DNA of 64,000 nt from Patescibacteria group bacterium (GTDB lineage Bacteria; Patescibacteriota; Patescibacteriia; JAXHNJ01). Shown here one piece after another: positions 27,410-35,444 of the stretch. Under the pieces are notes generated by a model, which ran no database searches, had not been told where the DNA came from, and saw only the letters and a program-made list of their open reading frames with translations. A program made the translations under genes and the position numbers. How positions within the stretch are numbered: the first letter of the stretch is position 1; the number at the start of each line of letters is the position of its first letter. Where the stretch lies: assembly GCA_041649715.1 (NCBI GenBank), contig JBAZMP010000002.1:132964-196963 (forward strand). Reading direction: 5' to 3'.

Positions 27410-29125
27410 TTAAACTTCAATCAAGACGGGCAGAACCATCGGTCTTCTTTCGGTCTTGTTGAAAAGATACTGGCCGATGTCGTCGCGGATTTTCCCCTGT
27501 AAGGGGGCCCAATAACTGGTTTTGCGGTGAGGCGAACTGTTGAAGATATCCTTGACCTTTTGTTTTGTTTCGGCCATCAGCCTGTCTGAACCTTTCATGT
27601 AGACGAAGCCGCGGGAAATAATATCGGGTTCATCCACCAGCTGTTTTTTCTTGTCGTCAATTTTGACAATAATGACGACCATGCCGTCCTGGGCCAGAAC
27701 ATTGCGATCGCGCAAAACCACTTCGCCCACATCCCCGATGCCTAAACCGTCAACCATCACATAGTTAGAAGGGATCTTGTTGGCTAAGAGCCGTGGACGG
27801 CCGTCAAGGAATTCCAAGACGGAGCCATTATCCAAAACAAAGATATTATCTTTGGGAAAACCGGCTCCTGTCGCCAGTTTGGCCGCTTCTTTCAGAAAAT
27901 AGTGGTTGGCATAAACAGGCAAGAGGTAGGTCGGCTGGATTTGTTTGATGATTTCCACCATATCGGCGGCCGTGCTGTGCCCGGAGGTGTGGACATCCAT
28001 GATGTCCGAGTGGATGACGTTATCGCTCAAGCGGTAAATGCTGTCCTTAAGCCGCTGGATGGTTCTTTCGTTGCCCGGGATAATGGAGGAGGAAAAAATG
28101 ATGGTGTCCTGTTTTTTTATCTCCACGTATTTGTGGGAGCCGTCTACCATGCGGGAAAGAACGGCTTCCGGCTCGCCTTGCGCGCCGGTGCAAAGGATGA
28201 GGATCTTGTTGTCATGATAATCAGAGATTTTTTTGATCGGAATGACAGTGTCTTTCTGGAATTTGATATAGCCTAATTTTCGGGCGACTTCCACGTTCAT
28301 CCGCATGCTGTAGCCGTCAAAAGCGATCTTCCGGCCGTATTTTTCCGCCATCGGAATCAGATTTTTTATTCTTTCGATCTGGGAGGAAAAAGTGCCGATA
28401 ATTATCCGGCCGGGAGCTGAAGCGATCAATTTTTCCAAATTAGCATATACCGTTTTTTCCGGAACATGAGGGCGGGTGTTGGTGGCGGCCAGGCTTTCGA
28501 TCATCAAAACGGAAGGTTTTTTTAAACCGGCAAGTTGATGATAGGAAACCGCCGGCCGGCCGTAAGGGTCTTCCTCATAGGTCCAGTCGCCGGAATGGAT
28601 AATGGTCGCTTTTGGAGTTTCCAAGACCACGCCCACGGCATCCATTATCGAGTGATCAACCGGGAAAAAGTGGACGGTAAATTCGCCCAGCCGCAGCCGG
28701 TCACGGGTGGATTTTATGACGATGGTCTTTAATTTTTTGGCGGAATTCTTTTTTAGATCTTCCTGCCGGTTTTTGACCAGCGCCAGCGTCAGGGGTCGTC
28801 CGATGATGACAGGATTGCCGAGTTTTTCCAAAAGGATCGGCGCCGCCCCGATATGATCCATGTGGCCATGAGTGAAGATAACGCCGCGGATCTGTTTTTC
28901 CCTGCCTCTCAGATATTTAGTATTAGGTATAATATAATCAATACCCGGCATGTTTTCTTCGGGAAATTGGATACCCATGTCGATAATGACGATATCCTGT
29001 CCGTATTCAAAAACGGTCATGTTGCGGCCGACTTCCTCCTGGCCGCCCAAAGGGATGATACGAAGGATTTTTCCCTCGTGTTTTTTCGGCAGGAATTTTA
29101 TTTTTTTCTTGTGTTTTTGTGTCAT
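27410..29125 (-). CDS. rnj: ribonuclease J
   Basis: Metallo-beta-lactamase motif 'FTHGHMDHIGA', beta-CASP region, 'HTSGHS'. 571 aa. Confidence 0.93.
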   Translation of the reverse strand: MTQKHKKKIKFLPKKHEGKILRIIPLGGQEEVGRNMTVFEYGQDIVIIDMGIQFPEENMPGIDYIIPNTKYLRGREKQIRGVIFTHGHMDHIGAAPILLEKLGNPVIIGRPLTLALVKNRQEDLKKNSAKKLKTIVIKSTRDRLRLGEFTVHFFPVDHSIMDAVGVVLETPKATIIHSGDWTYEEDPYGRPAVSYHQLAGLKKPSVLMIESLAATNTRPHVPEKTVYANLEKLIASAPGRIIIGTFSSQIERIKNLIPMAEKYGRKIAFDGYSMRMNVEVARKLGYIKFQKDTVIPIKKISDYHDNKILILCTGAQGEPEAVLSRMVDGSHKYVEIKKQDTIIFSSSIIPGNERTIQRLKDSIYRLSDNVIHSDIMDVHTSGHSTAADMVEIIKQIQPTYLLPVYANHYFLKEAAKLATGAGFPKDNIFVLDNGSVLEFLDGRPRLLANKIPSNYVMVDGLGIGDVGEVVLRDRNVLAQDGMVVIIVKIDDKKKQLVDEPDIISRGFVYMKGSDRLMAETKQKVKDIFNSSPHRKTSYWAPLQGKIRDDIGQYLFNKTERRPMVLPVLIEV

Positions 29126-29146
29126 ATTATTAATTGGTAATTATAA

Positions 29147-29231
29147 TGGTGCCCTGGGGGAGATTTGAACTCCCATCCCGTGAGGGACACGCTCCTGAAG
29201 CGTGCGCGTATGCCAGTTCCGCCACCAGGGC
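29147..29231 (-). tRNA. tRNA-Leu(CAG), CCA encoded
   Basis: Hand fold. Acceptor GCCCTGG/CCAGGGC. D arm GCGG-aactggcata-CGCG. Anticodon arm CACGC-ttCAGga-GCGTG. Long variable arm. T arm GGGAG-ttcaaat-CTCCC. Ends A-CCA. Confidence 0.93.
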
Positions 29232-29288
29232 ATATTGATAATTTTTTAATGAAGGTATAAGATGTTTTTATGGAAAAGGAGGCGGGTT

Positions 29289-29402
29289 ATGAGCCAGGAA
29301 AACGGCTTACTTTGCCCGAATTGTGGCCAACCAGTATCCGAAGAAGAGACAATTTGTCCCGCTTGCGGTGAAGCGATCGCCGCCGCGGAAAAAACCGTTT
29401 AA
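29289..29402 (+). CDS. 37-aa zinc-ribbon peptide (not in the ORF track)
   Basis: 'AAAGGAGGCGGG' RBS. 'MSQENGLLCPNCGQPVSEEETICPACGEAIAAAEKTV' has two CxxC pairs. Followed by hairpin CCCCTCC...GGAGGGG. Confidence 0.45.
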   Translation: MSQENGLLCPNCGQPVSEEETICPACGEAIAAAEKTV

Positions 29403-29450
29403 CCTTGATCGATCTTTGCCCCTCCCCGTATCCGGGCGGAGGGGATTTTA

Positions 29451-31274
29451 TTATTTCCAGACCCTTTGGGTCTTTATGTACCAAGAAGCCGCATCCGTGA
29501 AACGGTCCTGGGGGCTGACGATCTTCTCCAAATCAAAACCCTTGACCTTTTTGGCCAGCCCGTAGGTATAATAGGGGGAATAAAGGAAAATGGCCGGCAG
29601 TTCATCGGAGAGCAAATTTTGGAATTCCACGTATTTTAAAGCTCTTTCCTTTTCATCGGTGGTGACGCGGGCTTGTTCCAAAACCTTGTCAATCTGCTTA
29701 TTATAGTAAATGGCCAGATTCAGGCCGGGGTCTTTTTCCTGCGAAGAATGCCAGAAAGGGTAAGGGTCGGGATCATAACCCAGGATCTCGCCGTAGAGCA
29801 GGGCGTCGTAAGTCCGGGGCTTGATCACCTCTTTTTGGATGCGGGCACTTTCCACAATATTCAGTTCGACGGTATAACCCGCTTTTTCCCAGGAAGCTTT
29901 TAAGATTTCCGCCGCTTTGGCGTAATCGGTTTGGTCAACAGTGGTCAGCGTGAATTTTAATTCTTCGTTATTTTTCACGCGTTTGCCCGCCTCATTTTTC
30001 TTCCAGCCTGCATCATCTAATATTTTTTCCGCGGCCGCCAGGTCGTAATTATATTTTTTTATGTCCGGATGATAACCCAAGAAACCGGTTAAGATGGGGC
30101 CATTGATTATTTTTCCCTTTCCATTAAGCACTTCATTCAGGATCTGTTCGCGGTCAGAAGCAAGGGCGAGGGCTTGGCGCACCTCTTTGTTTTTCAGGAC
30201 ATTATTTTTTGTGTTAAAGAAAATGGCGGTGTATTGGGGCAAGGTCAGATTATAATAGTTGATATTGAGCCTTGCCGGAAGTTTTTCTTCGTATTCTTTG
30301 GAAAGATAACTGATTCCTTCCACATTTTTGTTTTTTAAGGCTTCTACCCCCGAAGCCATGTCGGGATAGAAACGGAAAATGAGGTTATCAAGATAGGGGA
30401 TATCCCCGTAATAATCGCTGTTTTTTTCCAGGGTGTATGACTTGATATTACCCAGACTTTCCCGGGTCAAGGATTTAAATTTAAAAGGGCCGGAACCGAC
30501 CGGTTTTAAATTATATTCCACCAGACTGAAGTTTTCCGGCAGAATGTCCATGAATAAATGCAGGGGCAATATGCCGAAGTTTAAACTGGAAATAAAGGGA
30601 GCGAAAGGCTCTTTAAGGGTCAGTTTAAAAGTATAATCATCCACTTTTTCCGTGGTCACTCCGTTTAAGTTGTAGTAGAGCGGACTTTTGAACTCCGGAT
30701 CCTGGATGGTTTCAATAGTGAAGAGCGCGTCATTGGCATTCAGGTTTTCTCCGTCATGCCATTTGACGTTTTTTTTCAAATAAAAAGTATATGTTTTTTG
30801 ATCCTCGGAAACCTCATATTTTTCCAGCAGGTCCATGGTTAGCTGGCCCTGTGAATCATACTTTATCAGGGAGGAAAAAATTAGCTTGACCAGATCCTGG
30901 TCGACATCGCTGGTTTGAGAAAGAACGGGATTGACGTACTTAGGGGCGCCGATCATCGCTTCGACATACTTCCCGCCTTTTTCGGGCTGGAAACTGATGT
31001 GACGCTGGTAATATCTTAAACCCAGAAAGATCAGACAGAGAATAAAAATCGTCAGGCCGGTATTTACGATGAATTTTTCCTTCAGGCTGAAAGTGTTTTT
31101 CAGGTAACGCCACTGGTCTTTCGCGGGCAGTCTTTTTTTAGCCAGGCCGAAGACGAGTTTTTTGTCCAGGTCCTTTTTTCCTTCGTAGGGATTGGACGAT
31201 AAATTTGTTTTTTTATCCTTAATACCAAAAAGTGATTTTAGACGTTCTAAAATTTTAGCTAATGTGAACTTCAA
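29451..31274 (-). CDS. ABC-transporter substrate-binding protein, family 5 (peptide/nickel type)
   Basis: N-terminal TM anchor, then family-5 SBP-like segments 'VKWHDGENLNANDALFT', 'DDYTFKLTLKEPFAPF', 'GSGPFKF'. 607 aa. Confidence 0.85.
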   Translation of the reverse strand: MKFTLAKILERLKSLFGIKDKKTNLSSNPYEGKKDLDKKLVFGLAKKRLPAKDQWRYLKNTFSLKEKFIVNTGLTIFILCLIFLGLRYYQRHISFQPEKGGKYVEAMIGAPKYVNPVLSQTSDVDQDLVKLIFSSLIKYDSQGQLTMDLLEKYEVSEDQKTYTFYLKKNVKWHDGENLNANDALFTIETIQDPEFKSPLYYNLNGVTTEKVDDYTFKLTLKEPFAPFISSLNFGILPLHLFMDILPENFSLVEYNLKPVGSGPFKFKSLTRESLGNIKSYTLEKNSDYYGDIPYLDNLIFRFYPDMASGVEALKNKNVEGISYLSKEYEEKLPARLNINYYNLTLPQYTAIFFNTKNNVLKNKEVRQALALASDREQILNEVLNGKGKIINGPILTGFLGYHPDIKKYNYDLAAAEKILDDAGWKKNEAGKRVKNNEELKFTLTTVDQTDYAKAAEILKASWEKAGYTVELNIVESARIQKEVIKPRTYDALLYGEILGYDPDPYPFWHSSQEKDPGLNLAIYYNKQIDKVLEQARVTTDEKERALKYVEFQNLLSDELPAIFLYSPYYTYGLAKKVKGFDLEKIVSPQDRFTDAASWYIKTQRVWK

Positions 31275-31295
31275 TTCTTGAAATAAAATTAATTA

Positions 31296-31511
31296 CTAAA
31301 TAATAAAATTGGCTAGCGCTACTCCCAAAAAGAGTACGGCCAGCACAATCGTAGAGATAAAGACCACTTTTTCCACTCCCCGTTTGGTTTGATAAACGTT
31401 GCCTTCGCCACCGAAAACGCCACCCAAACCCGCTCCCCGGGATTGTAGAAGAATGGCGGCAGACAAGCCGATTGCTAAGGCGATTTCAATGATATTTAAA
31501 TAAAAACCCAT
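31296..31511 (-). CDS. secG: preprotein translocase subunit SecG
   Basis: 'IIEIALAIGLSAAILLQSRGAGLGGVFGG' plus a second TM. Start trimmed to the ATG at 31511 to give the usual ~71 aa. Confidence 0.8.
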   Translation of the reverse strand: MGFYLNIIEIALAIGLSAAILLQSRGAGLGGVFGGEGNVYQTKRGVEKVVFISTIVLAVLFLGVALANFII

Positions 31512-31597
31512 AATAGATTGGTTTAATAAACTGAGATATAGCATAGCAACGGCGGGGTGAATTGTCAATGAACGGGCGATAGCCAAGCGTAACCCGT

Positions 31598-31744
31598 CTA
31601 TTTAGTGTCTTTTTTTACAATCAGTTTTTGTAAGCGGAAAACGCTTTTGCCAGTGACTTTCATCGTTGGTCTTTTTTTCTTTTCCCGGCGTTTGATCTTT
31701 TTTTCAAGCTTTTTTTCCAAAGCTTCAAGGTCGTTTTTTTTCAT
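31598..31744 (-). CDS. 48-aa highly basic peptide, ATGA-coupled to the uvrC stop (not in the ORF track)
   Basis: Hand translation MKKNDLEALEKKLEKKIKRREKKKRPTMKVTGKSVFRLQKLIVKKDTK. Its ATG overlaps the uvrC TGA. Confidence 0.35.
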   Translation of the reverse strand: MKKNDLEALEKKLEKKIKRREKKKRPTMKVTGKSVFRLQKLIVKKDTK

Positions 31745-33519
31745 AAATAAGTTTTTAGGGTTTGAAAAAGTTTATTTCCGATTAATTTTAATATTTCCGA
31801 ATCCGGGGCTTTTTTTATATTTTCCACCGAACCGAATTTAGCCATAAGCTTTCTTTTTGTTTTGGGGCCCAGTCCGGGGACTTCATCCAAAAGAGAATGA
31901 TAGCTTGTCTCATCGTGTTTTTGCCGGAAGAAGCCAACGGCAAAGCGATGGGCCTCATCCCGGATATTCTGCAGCAAATATAGCGCGGGCGAATCGGCGG
32001 GCAAAATCAAGGAATTTTTCCGGCCGGGCCGGAATATTTCTTCCAGTCTTTTTGCCAGGGTAATAAGGGGGATTTTCAAACGCATTTTTTTCAAAACTTT
32101 AAGCCCGGCGCCCAGCTGGGCCTTGCCACCGTCAAGCAAAATCAGATCGGGTGTCGGCCATTCTTTGTTTTTCAGCCTTCGGGCCAGGATCTCCGCCAGC
32201 ATGGCCGGGTCGTTGGCCCCGACCACGGTTTTGATCTTGAATTTTCGGTAATCGGACTTTTGGGGTCGGCCTTCGCCGAATACGATCATAGAACCGACCG
32301 GATTTACCCCCTGGATGTTGGAAATATCATAGGCCTCTATTCTTTCGGGCGATTTTTCCAGCCCAAGGTTTTTTTTCAAAGCGAGAAGGGCGTTTCTTTT
32401 TTTTAATGTCGATTTTTCCTCAAATAATTGTTTTTTCTCCAAAAAGTCGTCCGCATTTTCTCGCCCGAGTTTTATCAACTGGTAGTTTTTGCCTCTTTGG
32501 GCGCTAATGATTTTTGTTTTATTTAATTTTTCCAGGATATTTTTATTTTTTAAGATCAAGGGCAGAACGATTTCTTCGGGCTTGTCCGTCACCTGGGGAT
32601 AGTATTGGTTAATAAAGGAGGAAAAAATCTCATTTTCCGGCGTTAGGCGGGCATGATGGAGGATGAGGGTTTTTTTGTCCAGCAATTTTCCCTGGCGGAT
32701 GGAAAAAAGATTCATGGCCGCTTCCCCCTCTTTTTGCGCCAGGCTTAAGATGTCCTGGTTCAAGTTTTTGGGGGAGATGATCTTTTGTTTTTCCAAAACT
32801 TTTTCCAGGGTAAAAATCTGATCTCGGAGCTTAGCCGCTTTTTCGAAAACTTTAAGGGCGGCCGCTCTTTCCATTTCTTTTCTCAGTCCTTTCAGCACCT
32901 CATCCAGATTGCCTTTTAGGAACTGGATAATTTTGGCGATATTTTTCCAGTACTCCTCTTTCTTTATCTGTTTATCGCAAGGCGCCGGACAATAACCCAG
33001 ATGATACATTAAGCAAGGTTTTCCGGGAAGACGGCGGCAGGTTCGAAAAGGAAAAATTTTTCTTAATATGTAAAGGGTTTCCCGGGCGGATCTGGCGGAT
33101 AAATAAGGGCCAAAATAACGGGCCTTATCCTTGGCGATTTTTCGGCCCAGAGTAATGAGGGGGAAATCTTCGGCCGTGATCTTTATATAGGCGAAGTTTT
33201 TATCGTCTTTCAAGATGATATTGTATTTTGGCTGGTATTTCTTGATCAGATTGGATTCCAAAAAGAAGGCCTCGGTTTCCGAAGAAGTGATGATGTGCTC
33301 AAGATTATTGGCGTTCTCAAGCATCTCCGGCTTTTGGGGCGAGCTTATTTTCTGGAAATAGGAGGCCACTCTTTTTTTTAGGTTTTTCGCTTTGCCGACA
33401 TAGAGGACGGTCTGATCTTTTTTAAATAAATAAACCCCGGGTTTAGCCGGCAATGATTTTAATTTTTCCCTTAATTTATCCATCAATTTAAGTATAGCAA
33501 GTTTTAACGAGGTTGACAT
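31741..33519 (-). CDS. uvrC: excinuclease ABC subunit C
   Basis: GIY-YIG 'GVYLFKKDQTVLYVGKAKNLKKRVASYF'. UvrBC domain, RNase H-like endonuclease domain, C-terminal (HhH)2. Confidence 0.95.
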   Translation of the reverse strand: MSTSLKLAILKLMDKLREKLKSLPAKPGVYLFKKDQTVLYVGKAKNLKKRVASYFQKISSPQKPEMLENANNLEHIITSSETEAFFLESNLIKKYQPKYNIILKDDKNFAYIKITAEDFPLITLGRKIAKDKARYFGPYLSARSARETLYILRKIFPFRTCRRLPGKPCLMYHLGYCPAPCDKQIKKEEYWKNIAKIIQFLKGNLDEVLKGLRKEMERAAALKVFEKAAKLRDQIFTLEKVLEKQKIISPKNLNQDILSLAQKEGEAAMNLFSIRQGKLLDKKTLILHHARLTPENEIFSSFINQYYPQVTDKPEEIVLPLILKNKNILEKLNKTKIISAQRGKNYQLIKLGRENADDFLEKKQLFEEKSTLKKRNALLALKKNLGLEKSPERIEAYDISNIQGVNPVGSMIVFGEGRPQKSDYRKFKIKTVVGANDPAMLAEILARRLKNKEWPTPDLILLDGGKAQLGAGLKVLKKMRLKIPLITLAKRLEEIFRPGRKNSLILPADSPALYLLQNIRDEAHRFAVGFFRQKHDETSYHSLLDEVPGLGPKTKRKLMAKFGSVENIKKAPDSEILKLIGNKLFQTLKTYL

Positions 33520-33592
33520 ATTTTTTCAAAGAGTTAGGGTATATGTATAAGAGGTTTTTAAGGTTGTCCTTTCTTTTCTAGGGGGTGCCAAT

Positions 33593-33820
33593 ATGTCCAT
33601 ACCCATTGGTTGGCTGGTCTTTTTATTCGTGTTTATTGCCTTGCTCTGTTTGGTGACATGGAGAGTGTATCGCAAACCGCGTTGTTGCGGACATGAAATG
33701 AGGGAAAAATCCATCAAGGATGGTATCAGAACGTATATTTGTCCGGTTTGCGGACGTGAATTTTCCCGGCTGGAGGCTGAACCGGATGATTACTTCTTTG
33801 TGAATCGCTTTCCTCTTTAA
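33593..33820 (+). CDS. small TM + zinc-ribbon protein
   Basis: TM 'IGWLVFLFVFIALLCLVTW'. 'CCGHEM...YICPVCGREF'. Terminator at 33842-33873. Confidence 0.55.
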   Translation: MSIPIGWLVFLFVFIALLCLVTWRVYRKPRCCGHEMREKSIKDGIRTYICPVCGREFSRLEAEPDDYFFVNRFPL

Positions 33821-33841
33821 GAGTGGGGCATAATAAATAGC

Positions 33842-33873
33842 CGAGGCCCTTCCTAAAAAGGCCTCGTTTTTTT
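33842..33873 (+). terminator. intrinsic terminator
   Basis: CGAGGCC-cttcctaaaaa-GGCCTCG followed by TTTTTTT. Confidence 0.7.
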
Positions 33874-33901
33874 ATTTGTTAATATTTATAGCAGGAAGGG
33901 G

Positions 33902-33930
33902 TTGACACATTTTAAAATTTGTGTTAACAT
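33902..33930 (+). promoter_or_regulatory. promoter TTGACA-N17-TAACAT with an imperfect inverted repeat in the spacer
   Basis: TTGACA 33902-33907, TAACAT 33925-33930. The spacer 'cacattttaaaatttgtg' is quasi-palindromic and could be an operator. Confidence 0.5.
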
Positions 33931-34007
33931 TGGCTGTTCGTTCGTTCCATATTTTATACCTTAATTCACCGTAAGTAACCCAGGGTTTCTGAGCAAGGAG
34001 GTAGTGC

Positions 34008-35198
34008 GTGTTGAAAACGATAGCGGTTCATCCGAGTCCGGACGTGGACGCCTGTATCTGTGCTTGGTTGGCGACACGGTTCGGCCGGAAGCATTTCCCG
34101 GGAATCGAGACGGCGAAAGTCGAGGCTTGGCCTACGGGCCGGCCGCCTGAAGGTATGAAGCCCGAGGATTTGGCCGAAGTGCTGGCGGTTGACGTGGGCT
34201 TTGGCATTTACGATCACCATAATCCGGAATTGGCGGAGGCCAACAAGAGCTCCGCCGACCTGGTGGCTCAGGCGATCGGTCGCATCCATGACGGCAGCTT
34301 GGCAAACTTGCTGGAATTCTGTCGGTTGCAGGACGGCGAGGCCAGGGGATATCTGACGGGCGGCGATCGGAACGCCCGCATGATCAGCTTGGTCAACACG
34401 ATCAAAGGATGGAACCTGCTTTATCCGGACGATCCCCAGAAGGTAGTGGAACTTGCCGGCCTCTGCCTGGACGGGATTTACGCCATGGAAAAAGACGAGT
34501 TCCAGGCCAACTGCGATTACGCCCGCGCCGAGTTCAAGGTGGTCAGAGGGGCGATGAGGATCGGCTTCGTCATTTCTTCGACCAACCTGATTTCCGGCGT
34601 GATGCGTCAGGGCGGACCGAAGAAGGATCAGGCGGAAAGATGCCAGGTCGTCATCGTTTCCCATCCCGAGACCGGCCATGTTCGGATCGAAGCCCATCGG
34701 GATCTTGATCTAGCGGCGGTCAGATTGCGCCTTGTCATCCTTGAGGCCTACTACCGTAAAATCGAACTGGCAGGACGCTGGGCGGATCTTGAACAATTGG
34801 CCACCTGCCGGACGGTTGAGCCGGTGCCGAACATTTATTTTCATGCCCAGAATCTGATCCTTAACGGCAGCCTGACCCATCCCGAGGTCGAACCGATGAT
34901 GATCGACAGGAATCGGTTGCTGCAGATCACGGCTGACGCTCTGGCCGACCGCTTGCCCTCCGATTATCCTTGCGCAAAGGATCAGTCTTGCGCCAGAAAA
35001 AGGGGTTGCCCTTTCGGACCGTTTAACTTGCGGCTTTGCCGCGAATATCGTCAGGTACGGTGGGAGGCGTATCAGCGGAGTCTGGCGGAAGGAAAAACCG
35101 GCGCAGAGGAAACGGAAGAAGTTTCCGAAGCGGAGAATCCGCAAGTGGTCATTCACCTCGACGGGAGAAGGGGTGAGAAAAAAGCCGGCGAAGCCTAA
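34008..35198 (+). CDS. DHH/MYG1-like metal-dependent phosphoesterase-like protein with Cys-rich C-terminus
   Basis: GTG start 6 nt after 'AAGGAGG'. 'IAVHPSPDVDACICAWL' (DxD) and 'LAVDVGFGIYDHHN' (DHH). C-terminal 'CAKDQSCARKRGCPFGPFNLRLC'. Clean terminator at 35227-35261. Confidence 0.6.
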   Translation: MLKTIAVHPSPDVDACICAWLATRFGRKHFPGIETAKVEAWPTGRPPEGMKPEDLAEVLAVDVGFGIYDHHNPELAEANKSSADLVAQAIGRIHDGSLANLLEFCRLQDGEARGYLTGGDRNARMISLVNTIKGWNLLYPDDPQKVVELAGLCLDGIYAMEKDEFQANCDYARAEFKVVRGAMRIGFVISSTNLISGVMRQGGPKKDQAERCQVVIVSHPETGHVRIEAHRDLDLAAVRLRLVILEAYYRKIELAGRWADLEQLATCRTVEPVPNIYFHAQNLILNGSLTHPEVEPMMIDRNRLLQITADALADRLPSDYPCAKDQSCARKRGCPFGPFNLRLCREYRQVRWEAYQRSLAEGKTGAEETEEVSEAENPQVVIHLDGRRGEKKAGEA

Positions 35199-35226
35199 AT
35201 TCGCCTGAGTTTGCCCTTTTATACAT

Positions 35227-35261
35227 CCCTGTCCTGGGGTCTTCCGGGACAGGGTTTTTTT
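35227..35261 (+). terminator. intrinsic terminator
   Basis: CCCTGTCC-tggggtcttccg-GGACAGGG followed by TTTTTTT. Confidence 0.75.
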
Positions 35262-35444
35262 AATTATTGACACGTTTTGATCCCGCACTATCCTTTCCTT
35301 GTGAAGGTTGCGGGACCGGGACTCAAAGAAACAGTGTCTATCTTTGCTGGCTAGCTTCATTGCTAAAAAAGTTGGGTTGACAGAGCTTGACAAGGGGTGT
35401 ATACTTTCTCAAGTCTTATACACAGATGAATTTTGGGGAATCTT

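Noticed and set aside
33966-35393. Two minus-strand ORFs (33966..34697 and 34710..35393)
   Set aside because: They are shadow ORFs opposite the single 396-aa plus-strand gene. That gene has promoter, RBS and terminator signals and DHH-type motifs. The minus ORFs cross the plus-strand terminator and promoter.
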